Source: Octopus bimaculoides
Lineage: Eukaryota
Assembly (NCBI RefSeq): GCF_001194135.2
Contig: NC_068982.1
Location: 154,088,433 to 154,152,432 of the forward strand
Direction: 5' to 3'
DNA length: 64,000 bases
Shown: piece by piece, positions 26,865 to 38,600 of the stretch
Numbering within the stretch: the first letter of the stretch is position 1
How the letters are laid out: each line of letters opens with the position of its first letter
Notes under the pieces: generated by a model
Databases searched by the model: none
The model's input: the letters and a program-made list of their open reading frames with translations, nothing else
Told to the model about the DNA's origin: nothing
Translations under genes and position numbers: made by a program

Positions 26865-27025
26865 TACTCTAGCACAAGGCCTGAAATTTTTAGAGGAGAA
26901 TCTAATCGATTACATTGACCCCAGTGCTCAATCCCGAAAGAATGAAAGGTAAAGTTGACCTCGACGGGATTTGAACTCAGAACGTCCGGTGCGGCGTGGT
27001 GACGATTTTGCCAGCTCGCCGCTTT
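26865..27025 (-). mobile_element. SINE family A
   Basis: Family core ttgaactcagaacg...ttttgccagctcgccgc. Confidence 0.75.
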
Positions 27026-27671
27026 TCAGTGTTGAATAATAAACAAGTACATGATGAGAAATATTCATTCCATCACTACCAGCTGCTGCATCACGTCAAC
27101 AGTTGTGTAGCAATGACGGTTCGTTCTTGAAAAAGGTCACACCATACATAAAATCCCTTGGTCTGTAACTACTGCAGGCGACTTCAACATAATGTACATA
27201 AGACATCTTAAAAGCCTCACTAACATAATGTAGACAAACTGAAAGATGTCGGACAAGGCTGGTTAATGCGGTGTAACACCATGGTTGAGTGATTTTCAAA
27301 ATAGAATAGAATAGAATTTGAGCAAATGAAAGGAAATATATTTTCAATAACAAGATAATTCGAGTTGAACCAAAGTTTACGCGAAGACAAAATCTGAACA
27401 TCTATTTGATCGAAAATTACAACCGAACTTCTAACATATTGCCAGAGAGTATTAAATAACCAGTACAGTCTTTAATAAAAGTAGTAATAATGGTGATAAT
27501 TAACAAAAGATATAAATGGGCAGAAAACATTTATTTACTCCCACTTTCAATTAATGTCTTCTAGCCATTTATTTTTATAGTTAATTTAAGCACATACGAA
27601 TTCAGGAAAGATCAAGGCCAGGCTAGGGAGTAATTAATGTTAATAATATGGACATTGATATAAGTTAATGC

Positions 27672-28160
27672 TAAGGCGGCGAACTGGCTGAATCGTTAGC
27701 ACTCCGTCAGTTACGACGACGAGGGTTCCAGTTGATCCGATCCGAGCGCACCACAGACACATGTACCCTTAACGTAGTTCTCAGGAAGATTCATCGTGAC
27801 ACAGAGTGTAGCAAGGCTGGCTCTTTAAAATTCAAGAACTACTCACTGGAATTACGTGAAGCAAAGTGTCTTGCTCAAAGACACAATGCGTCGCCGGGAA
27901 TTGAACTCAAGACCTTATGATCGTGAGCCGAATACCCTAACCACTAAACCATACGCTTTAACACATAATCGTTAGCACGCTGGGCAAAATGCTTAGCAGC
28001 ACTTCGTCCATCATTATGTTCTGAGTTCAAATTCCGCCAAGGTCAACTTTGCCTTTCGTCCTTTCGGGGTCGATAAAATAAGTATTAGTTGAACACTGGG
28101 ATCAACGTGATCGACTTAACCCTCCCCCGAAATTGCTGGTGTTGTGCTAAAATTTTAAAC
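27672..28160 (+). mobile_element. SINE family A interrupted by a family B SINE (27703-27966, minus strand)
   Basis: The family A head is split, with aatcgttagcac duplicated at 27691-27702 and 27967-27978. The insert matches the tail of the SINE at 45655-46042. Confidence 0.8.
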
Positions 28161-29084
28161 TAATATACGTTATTGCTGCTCTAGAAGTACGAATAAGACA
28201 GAAAAACTATATCAATATATATCATAAGCATTATTTGATTTATCTAATTACTTGTGTAATAAGTAATTAGATAAATCAAATTATGTAATAACAGATAGCA
28301 GTGTAAGTTATAATAACCGTAGAAGCTGTAATAGTAATTATAATAACGGATGTTCATAAGAAATTAGAAAAGAAGAAACTATTATATCAAAATGTGTGTA
28401 AATAAGGCCACAAAAAAAAAATATTGATAAGCATTTTGTCCGACGTGCAAACACTTCAATCAGCTGGCCACATTATATAGAAACACTAATATATTTCAAA
28501 TGTAGGCACACTAAAAGAAAGCATGGCTATTCAAACCGAAGTCATAAAAGCAAGAATATTTTCAGAAATTACATTTCAGATAAGTCTTGCAGGTGTAAAA
28601 CTACAGTAAGATGCGATTCAACAAGTTAAAGAAGGGGCCTCTACACACCTGCTCGACTTGTTACAAATAACAGTCAAATTTTCTATTATTATTTACTACT
28701 AGTTTCAAAAAAAAATGACACATTGATATATTACCTGAAAATAAAATGAGAGAACTACAGGTAAAACTTCTTCGGTCATAAATCATGCGGACCAGCATCT
28801 GTATATAACAAAGTTTGATAGGGAGCTAAATACATCACTTTGAGTGTGGTGTATTCAATTAAAATAGGGAGAAAGGTGTGATGCTAATAGTGATGAAGTA
28901 TCGAAATATTAACTAAAATAGCAATCAAAATAATAAAATGCCTTCGAAGTTCATTAGAAACAACTAGAATACTAAAAAAAGGATCCCAGCGCGATCCTGA
29001 ATAAAATTATTATATAGCGATCTGGAACCAGTTGTAATTCAGTCCCAAAGATAGGGAAATGATAATAATAAATAGTAATAATAA

Positions 29085-29925
29085 TGCTTTCTACTATAGG
29101 TACAAGGCCAGCAATTTTAGTGGGAAGGAGTGAGTCGATTACGTCGATCTCGAACTGTTACTTAGCTTATCGATTTCGAAAAGATGGAGGGCAAAGTCAA
29201 CCTCGGTGGAATTTGAACTCAGAACGTAAAGCCGTAAAAAATACCACTGAACATTTTGTCTGGCGTGCTAGCGATTCTGCAAGTTTACCGCTTTAATAAC
29301 AATTATTTCAAATTTTTGCCACAAGGGCCGCTTGGGGGAAATGAAGATGAGTCGATTACATCGACCCCAGTATTCGGCTAGTAGTTATTTTATCGACCCT
29401 GAAAGGATGAAAGGCAAAGTCGACTTCGGCGGAATTTGAACTCAGGACGTAGCGACGGGCGAAATACCACTAAGCATTTAGTCCAGCGTGCTAACGATTC
29501 TTATTTCTTTATTGCCCACAAGGGGCTAAACATAGACGCTAAACAAGGACAGACAAATTGATTAAGTCGATTACATCGATCCCAGTGTTCAAGTGGTACT
29601 TAATTTATCGACCCCGAAAGGATGAAAGGCAAAGTCGACCTCGTCGGAATTTGAACTCAGAACGTAACGGCAGACGAAATACCGCTAAGCATTTCGTCCA
29701 GTGTGCTAACTATTCTGCCAGCTCGCCGCCTTAATAATAACAATATCCTTCCTACAACATGCAGAAGACCTGAAATTTAGCGGGAGAGGCGGATACTCCA
29801 TTACACCAAGCCTGCCAAGCGCTCAATCGGTACTTATTTCATCGATACCGAATGGATGAAATGCAACGTCAACCTCAGTGAAATTTAAACTCGGAACGTA
29901 AAGTCGGACGAAATGCCGCTGAATA
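29085..29925 (-). mobile_element. Head-to-tail cluster of four SINE family A copies
   Basis: The core aggcaaagtc(g/a)acc/ttc...aatttgaactc recurs four times, at about 29190, 29415, 29630 and 29870. Confidence 0.85.
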
Positions 29926-31232
29926 ATAACCTAATACTTAAATTAATTTGCTGCAAAAAAAAAGGGTTCATTTAACAAATAATTTTTCTGATATTTCTCT
30001 AGAAATATCTTTTTGTCAAAACAGTTTACCATCCAATTGTAACCTTAGTACTCATTTGATTCATTGATTAGTTGTAGATCTTGGATCAACGCTTTTCCAA
30101 GTAAATCTACAGCATCAGTCTTGGAATTATAAATAGTAATTTACAAGATTCGAAAAACTCTGTAGTTCACTCCCTTGTTTATTATTTCCCTTGTCTAATA
30201 GTATTAAGAGTAGTCTCCCTTACATCGGCAAATAATAATTTTGCTTTACCGGGTGCAGATAAGATTTTGTTCTTTAAATTTATGTGCAATAAGTTATACT
30301 TCAACAATACGCAGAATATTTTAACTATTCTTTTTATAGTATTCTTAATAACATTAGATATTTTAAACATCGAATAGCCATGAAGATCCACCTGAAGAAA
30401 ATAAGAATCATAGGGAGAACCACAACATAGAAGATGGATTTTCTTCTAATGTCAACGATGCATAAAAAAAACTCAGATACACGCACATAGTATATATTTT
30501 CACAAGAGCAACTTTTGATCTTTTGCTATTGTTTTACTGGTATAGTTATACTTGGAGTGGTCATATTTTACCAATCAAACACACGCACTAATTGGCAAAA
30601 TATGACCATCTCCAAATATGACAATATGTTTCAAAAACATGACTTCACATCAAGAATCTTGTAAAACAAATACACAATCGTAATATACTGATATTGCTGT
30701 GCTAAATTTTTTTTTATCCTGCTTTCCCAGTCTCCCCGGTTAGATTTGAACTCACAATTTTCAAGCCAATAAGCTGTGGAGTCACCATCAACGTTGCTGC
30801 AGCTCTCCTTCGGTAATTTATACTTGACGAATAAGGGACATAAACTGCTGTCCTCAAGTGTTTTTTACCATGATGTTGATTCATTTAAAATCATAATAGA
30901 ATTTCCAGGTACTCTTCCAATGTGCTTAACTCTCTCATATTGTTTCAGTGGGATATTAAAAAAAGACCATGGCACTTTTGAATCCTGAGCTAGTGCAGTA
31001 TCTGGTCCTAACTCTTTGACATTACGAAGTAGGTCCCCAGTTCAGAAATCTGAATATCTCACACAAAACTTGGAGCTAATTTCTCGATCTTTCACACGCA
31101 TCCACACACACACACATATATATATATCCTGTGTGCTTGTATGTCTGCATATACCACTTCGTGAATATATACTTTTGTAAAACTATGAATCTTTGAATCG
31201 CAAGCAATTGCAGAGACTTAACGCTACATGGA

Positions 31233-31268
<36 letters not shown>

Positions 31269-31488
31269 AGAGAGAGAGATAAAGATAGACAGGCAGTCCC
31301 TTATTTCTATTTTTCACATCACATTACCTTTTTAATGTGCCCTCTATACTGTAAAGCTATATATCTTTTCTCTATCACTCCTCTCTTACTTTTTTCCCCT
31401 TCCCATTTACTGACTGTCCGACTTCTTTTCCACTTGCTAACTGACAACTGGATTTTTGTCATTCCACCCCCAACTTACCGCCGATCAA

Positions 31489-32829
31489 CAGGGGTGGNNN
31501 NNNNNNNNNNNNNNNNNNNNNNNNNNNNNNNNNNNNNNNNNNNNNNNNNNNNNNNNNNNNNNNNNNNNNNNNNNNNNNNNNNNNNNNNNNNNNNNNNNNN
31601 NNNNNNNNNNNNNNNNNNNNNNNNNNNNNNNNNNNNNNNNNNNNNNNNAAAATTGCTGTTTCTTTTCAGATATCATCAGAAAAAGGTAATTAAAATTCAT
31701 TAAAATGACAGATCTATCGGACTTTCAAAGAAGTCAAATTGTTGGTGCTCGTATGGCAGGCGCTAGTGTAACGAAAACAGCCGAAATGTTTGGTGTATCA
31801 AGAAGTACTGTCTCGAAAGTAATGATAGCCTTTGAGAAAGAGGGAAAAACCTCTTCGTCGAAACAAAACTCCAGAAGAAAACCAAAACTTTCAGATAGGG
31901 ACCGTCGGACTCTTACACGAATTGTTAGAAAGGATCACAAAAGTACAGCTCCCAAAATTACTGCAGAGCTTAATGACCACCTTGAGAACCCAGTTTCCAC
32001 AAAAACTGTTCACCGGGAGCTGCACAAAGCTGAATTTCACGGGAGAGCTGCAATTAGAAAACTACTACTTTCAAAAACAAACATTGCAAAGCGTTTAGAG
32101 TGGAGTAAAAACCTATAGAATTGGTCCCTAGAACAGTGGAAGAATGTTATTTTCTCGGTCGAGTCATCCTCTACCTTATTTCTGACCACCAGCTGAGTAT
32201 ACGTGTGGAGACAGCCAGAAGCATTTGACCCAGACTGCTTTCTTCCAACTGTTAATCATGGAGGAGGATTTGTGATGATCGTGGTAGTGGTGGGGGCTAT
32301 ATCTTGGAAATCCGCCGGCCCAATGGTTTTCCTTCATGGCAAAATTAATAGTCAAGACTATTTAAGCATTTTGTCTAATCAAATTTATCCTATGGCTATG
32401 GAATTGTTTCCGGAGGGAAACGCAATCTTTCAAGATGATAATGCACCAATCCATACAGCTAAAGTGTCGATGAAAGACATAAAAGATAGAGATGAATAAA
32501 ATTAACAGGGTTCAATCAAAGACAGAGAACATTCTAGTGAAGTTGAACATCTTATCTGGCCACCATAGTCCCCAGATCTCAATATTATTGAACAGTTATG
32601 GTGCATTTTAGAAAAACAAGGAGTCGATATCTTCCACCATCATCACAAGAACTGGAGACTGTTTTAGCTGAAGAATGGACAAAAATTCCTTTGGAAACAA
32701 TTCAAATTTTGTACGAGTCCATAGCTCGTAGAATTCAAGCTGTAATTACTGCCAAAGGCGGTCCTACTCCATATTAAAATAAATATGTTTGAAATTTTAA
32801 GGTGTTTCCATTATTTTGTCCAACCCCTG
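31489..32829 (+). mobile_element. Tc1-like (DD34E) transposon, inactive
   Basis: The transposase begins at 31705 (MTDLSDFQRSQIVGARMAGASVTKTA...) and includes HGGGFVM, FQDDNAPIH and WPP*SPDLNIIE. The right TIR reads CAGGGGTTGGACAAAATAATGGAAACACC (reverse complement) and is followed by TA at 32830-32831. The left end CAGGGGTGG runs into a gap. There are several stops, and the first catalytic D reads V. Confidence 0.92.
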
Positions 32830-33453
32830 TATATATTTATCTAATCCACCTCTGTAATATTTCCTTTCAATCTCTTCTACATTATTCAATCTGCAGTTCT
32901 CTCTCTCGCTTTTTGGGGGGGAGAAGGGTCCCTTCCATATTCCTATAACATGATAGAAAGAGGAAAATGGTACACAGTAAAATGAGAGACGTGACTTAAT
33001 TTTTATATTGATAAAACGTTTCATCATCGTAACTATTCTACATCTGCTTTCCACACCGCCAAAGTTTGGACAGGTCGTCATAGCTTCAGTCATTTCTTAT
33101 GAGAAGCTACTGTTCTTAAAAACTGATGCTCATACGTTATTTCAGCTTGATTTCTACAGTTGGATGTCCTTCCTAATGCCAACCACTTTACAGAGTGTAC
33201 TTTAGTATTGGTCCAATGATTCTCATTGCACTTATTAGTAAAGCTAAATAAATATTAGCAAGGAAGGACTAACGGGACCTTACAACCTTACATTTGCCCC
33301 ATGTTTTTCAGTCACTTTACAGAATGTACTGAGTGTATTTCCATGGCACCAGCACCAGAAAGACAGCCTCGTTCACCATTTACCTGTAGAGGTGAGTATG
33401 GTAGGTTGTCACAGCACTAGCAGTAGTACGTTTTCAGTAACCTAAGGCATGTA

Positions 33454-33905
33454 CGAGGAGCTACCCAAAAGTAACTGGAAACGTGCTCTGTGGGACAAGC
33501 CCATTGTAGTTCAGGCTTCCACCGCTAGAAGCCACTTGATGTCACCCTCAGACATCAGTCTGCCGACCGGCGGCTGGATTAGTAGTACTGCCACGTGTTG
33601 TGTCCTTGGTTTGTAGTACTTCTTCCCTGTTCGTCGATCTCTACGAAGGCTGAAATGAAGGAACAGCATGCTTCCATGAAATTCTGTTTTCAACTGGGGA
33701 AAACGGCGGCCGAAACAGTTCTCATGCTTCAAACAGCTTACAAGGTCGCTGCCATGAGCAAAACACAAGTTTATGAGTGGTTTTCATGCTTTAGGAATAG
33801 TCACTTGTCACTTGAAGACCAACCTTTTTCAGGACATCCCGAACGAATGAAAATTCATGAACTGATCTTGGAGGACTGTCGCCAAACAATTGACGGACTT
33901 GTTGA
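33454..33905 (+). mobile_element. Mariner 5' fragment
   Basis: The end reads TA|CGAGG. The frame MKEQHASMKFCFQLGKTAAETVLMLQTAY...VYEWF...LEDQPFSGHP is the mariner HTH region. Confidence 0.8.
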
Positions 33906-35120
33906 TATGAGTAGTACAGGCTTTAAAAGAGACTGTACTACACACTAATATATATAATATAAAGAGAACGTTTATTAAAATTGTCTTCAAACAAAATGCT
34001 TCAGTGACAACCCAGTCTGGTTTAATCTTGGTATGTAAATGATACTTATTTTATTGACTAGAATATTAAAGTTGACAGAAAAGGCATCTGAATTCAAGAA
34101 GAGTTAGAAAAGGAATATCATAGTATGTCGTAGATATTTCTTTTCTGTTAAACCACATTATCTTGTCATTAACATACATACATGCACACACGCAACTAAA
34201 GAACTTTAGAGAAGTGAAGCATTAAATATAAACCAGACAATACATAATTTATTGTTGCTGACTATTATCAATAGAAGATCAAATCCACTCTACCTAAATA
34301 CTATAAGTGTAGGGTTGCAGGTTCAGTGCTCTACATCTTGTCTTGTTTTTATTACATTTTGTTTTGTTTTGTGATTCAAGAACCATCTAAGTATAGGTGA
34401 CGACATCTATGATCAATCAACTAATTGGTGTTACCAAATAAGTTTTATAATAAACTTTAGATAACACACAAAATCCCCATTAGTTTTCCCTTTGACTCTT
34501 CAATAGAACAATTCTTGTAATCCCTATAATTAAGATTCATTTGGATTTTCATTTGTCCCACATTTTCAAACTATAACCAAGCTTTTCAGCATCTACCTTA
34601 CCCCTTCAATAGAGGTTTATGAACCACTTTAGTCTCCTAATTGTCAACTCACTCTAGTACCAGTTTAAAATGAGATTTGCTACTTCTTTCAGAGATAACT
34701 AAAGAAACTGCAGCTGTAATGCATCATGTTGTTGTATGTTGTTCAGTGTTACCATGTGCATGAAATGAACTTATAGTTACTCAAGACATAACCCACTTTT
34801 AGGAGCAGCATTTTTTATTCAATGTTTGGTCATGTCTTCAAGGAAATAACAAGACATATGTAGACTGAGTTTTTCCTTCAAATCCCATCTTCATGAGAGT
34901 TGATGGCTAACAAGTCTTCGTTAAATTAATTGGAATTATGAAAAAGTACATATTCTTCTAAAAACTTGAAGAAAGCTGAAGACATTGTTAGTTGAGATAT
35001 TATATAGAAAATAAGCAAAGTGACATTCTGTCAGAATTTTCTGGTCAACATGTAGCAATCTTATATATAACACATCACACTCAATGTGAATGAGTCCTGC
35101 ATCCACCACATCACACTTAT

Positions 35121-35245
35121 TCAACATGTAGCAACCTCACATTCTCCACATCACACTAGTTCAACATGTAGCAACCTCACATTCCCTTTGTCACACTCGT
35201 TCAGCCTGTAGCAATTTCCCATTCACTACATCATATTTGGTCAAC
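35121..35245. repeat. 40-bp minisatellite (about 3 units plus degenerate flanks)
   Basis: Units starting tcaacatgtagcaac begin at 35121, 35161 and 35201 (variant), with a partial unit at 35241. Confidence 0.85.
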
Positions 35246-35454
35246 AATGAGTCTTACATTCAGCACATTTACTCTTGTGTATTTTACAGCCAGTCAACTG
35301 AATAGTGGTGTCAATGAAAGACATAAAAGATAGAGATGAATAAAATTAACAGGGTTCAATCAAAGACAAAGAATAATTTTTGTTGTTTTTCGTTTTGTTT
35401 TGGAGGGAAGGGAGTGTTATTGTTTTGTTTGTTTGTTCATTTATTATGTTGTTT

Positions 35455-35631
35455 TCAGTCCGTCTCATGCCTGCCTTTACTGCAACGCAATGCCAATGGC
35501 AAATATTTCAGTGAGCCACCTGATAAACAGAATGCAAGAGCTCCAGTTATAAACATGGTCAAGTAAGCCACTACTATAGTTATTACATACTGGGTTGAAA
35601 TATGTTCACGACTTAAACCATTCAGGTATGT
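35455..35631 (-). CDS. APH1: APH-1 coding exon 6 (177 nt including TGA)
   Basis: TYLNGLSRE...GALAFCLSGGSLKYLPLALRCSKGRHETD*; acceptor ctttcag. Confidence 0.93.
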   Translation of the reverse strand, partial: TYLNGLSREHISTQYVITIVVAYLTMFITGALAFCLSGGSLKYLPLALRCSKGRHETD

Positions 35632-38600
35632 CTGAAAGAGAAACAAGAAACAATTTTATTCAAAAGTTTAAACATTATTTTAATGTAAATGACCTAAGAC
35701 ACTCAAGCACAAATTTGGGATAGAAAAGTTAAGTCTTTACTAATAAGAATTGACCACATATCTATTAGTTATTAGGTAACCATGGTATCAATTAAAGTAC
35801 AGAGCCTCTGCCATTCCTTCTTTTCAAATCATATACAATAATTGAAGTTTTAAGAAGCAATGGTTTGATAGAATTATTAAGAGTGTCAGACAAAATGACC
35901 TGAAGCATTTATTCCAGCTCTTTATGTTTTAAGTTCAAATCCCATTAAGGTCAGCTTCATTTTTCGTAGTTCCAAAGTACCAATTTAAAATGACGAATAT
36001 TTGTTCTAGCTCTTCACAATGATAATCTCCTGCAACATAGCTGGTGACAAACTGTATCAGGTCTCACCATTCCCTTGAACAACTTCAAATACATGGAGAG
36101 GGGATACATGCTACATGGACAACCAGAGATGTTCTGTAAAAGATTTTGCCCAAGACTGTTTCCTGAAGAGGAACTTTCCAGGAAGAGATATAAAAACAAC
36201 CCTAACTGGCAGAGGCCTTAGAAACTGTTATTTTAATTTACAATTTGATCATATTCATAGATGTAGTTGTTATTGCAAACATCAAACTGCAGTAAAATAC
36301 CTATGTCGCACATTAGTTGATGGATGAATACATCGATAGAGGCATAAACAGCAGTTGATAAGTAGGCCTAATATGCCACGTATAGTTTTAAGGATATCAG
36401 TTCTTGTTCTAAAGCAAAGAAGCATGATAGTGATGGCCAGAAAATTAAAGTTAATCATATCAATATTACAGACTGAAAGGGATACTAACTATCAGAATGT
36501 GTAACATTAAACTGCATTGGTGGACTAAGGTCTGATGTCATCTTCCCTTTCCATTCAAAATCATCTGAGCTTTTCATTCAAAAGTCAATAAAATACTCCT
36601 TGTACTGGGAAGAGATACACACTGAGTAATGTATAATCAAACATACTGAGATGGCACTGGACAAGGTGTTATACTACATGCTAGTAGATCATACTGGGAT
36701 GAAGTACACATTATGTATTGTAAGTACTGGAGTGTAGATAATGAAGTCAAAATCACTACAGGTGTTTCATTGTTTCTGTTCAGAATAACTTTATTCTGCA
36801 TTGTCTCAGTTCACCATGAGAGAATTACCTGATAGTAGATTGCCACCTTATTAAGGAGGTGATTTACTTATCCACTTAGCACTCTGAAAATGCTTTCGAA
36901 AAAAAAAGACTCAGCTTTGACAGGTTACTAAATATCATATTGTCACCATCATCATTTAACACTTGTATTGCTATAAGTTGGATGTTTCAACAGGATCTAA
37001 CTAACCTGGGAACTGCATTAGTTCCCAATGTTTCCTTTGATAAAGTTTCTACAGCTAGATGCCCTTTCTAATGTCAACCACTATACAAAATATACCGGGT
37101 GTTTTTTTTCAGGGCACCATCACTTGTCTGCTTAGTAAAGGTTTACACTTTCATACAAACAACTTCTTTTAAAATGAATTAACAAAACTTCAAAAACTTC
37201 AACTAGGTAATAATTACAACTATAGAGTTTGAATAACTTTGCATGTTTAGGAGAAGAAAGAAAACTGAGAGAAAAGACATTTTTCAACTGAATTAATTAC
37301 TACTACTTTCAATGAATATAGGATATTAGTAGTGACATTAAAAACAATAAGGGACACTAAATATTACTTACCATAGAAGATGTGAGCATGTGGCTTAAGA
37401 TTACAACAGCTACCCATATGTACTTCTTTTTATCCCAAGCAAAGAAACAGATGATACCCCAGAAAGTGTGTAGGAACACAAATGACAATGTCAGGAAAGC
37501 TAAACAAAGAGAAACAAAAGAAAATCAGTTAAGCTTTATAAAACCACTGAAATTCAGTGAGATTAGTAGTTGTTACACAAATTAGGGACTTTTAAAAACC
37601 TTTCAGCGTTGATTAGTTACTCAAGTCACATTATCTTCTTGATCAAGGCAACGAAATTCAACATGCAAATTATATCGTAAAATTAATACGATTGGTCTAA
37701 TTCACATGAAATATCTCAGCAGGAGTCACTTTAGCTCAGTGGCTTTCAACCATTTTTTACCTATGGACCCCTTCAATTCCTATTTTACTGGGGCTCATAA
37801 CCATTCAATTTCTAAAAAAATCTTATTGTATTTTTAGGATTAAATATTATTAGGAACTGTAAGAAAAATTGTTTAAATATTTTGTATATTGTAAACATAT
37901 AACCAGTTTATTGCACATAAATTTTAACAACAAAATTTGATATGGACCCCAAGGGCCATATGGACACCTCTTGAAAAACCACTGCTATAGTTGGTAGGCC
38001 TAATATATAGCCTGGTTTAACATCATCACCTGATTGCTGGGTATCTTTAGCAGAGGCAGTAGTTACTCTCAGAACTTACAAAGAATTAGTATTTCTAATT
38101 AAAACAAATTTAAATCATTAAAAGTTAACAATGTCTAAACATGATGGAATGACACATCTGATACCAAAAATGGAAACAACTTACAACATCAAAATACACA
38201 CTGTCAACACTTACAATCAGGAAATTTATAAATTCATTATAAGAGCATAATAACTATTGTAAAATGCATAAAACATTTCAGAGTCATCTAACAATGACTT
38301 GGTCTGGGACTACATGTTGAAACTGAAGTTGAAGAGCTGTTAAATAAACTTTGAATTTAAAGTGAATTTAACAGCTTTGTTATTAAGTGGCTCTTCCATT
38401 TTATGGTTGTATAAAATATATTTTTGTAATGAAACATAGGAAATAAATCAGAGAGAAAGAGAATGTCAAACAACCAAAGATTTATCTTATTTATTTTCAG
38501 ATTAGAAAATGTTTTACCTGAAGCAAGGAAAAAATAAGGTGAATCTCCATGAATGCCAACAGTACCAGGTCCTGCCATGTCAGCTAACACATTAATAAGT

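Noticed and set aside
29085-29925. CRISPR-like regularly spaced repeats
   Set aside because: The units are ~200-bp diverged SINE copies in a eukaryotic genome, with no repeat-spacer structure or cas genes.
30278-30391. Exon-like segment on the minus strand (ttcttattttcttcag ... CCCG|gtaaag)
   Set aside because: The splice-like ends are plausible, but two frames have stops, the third resembles nothing I recognise, and I found no partner exons.
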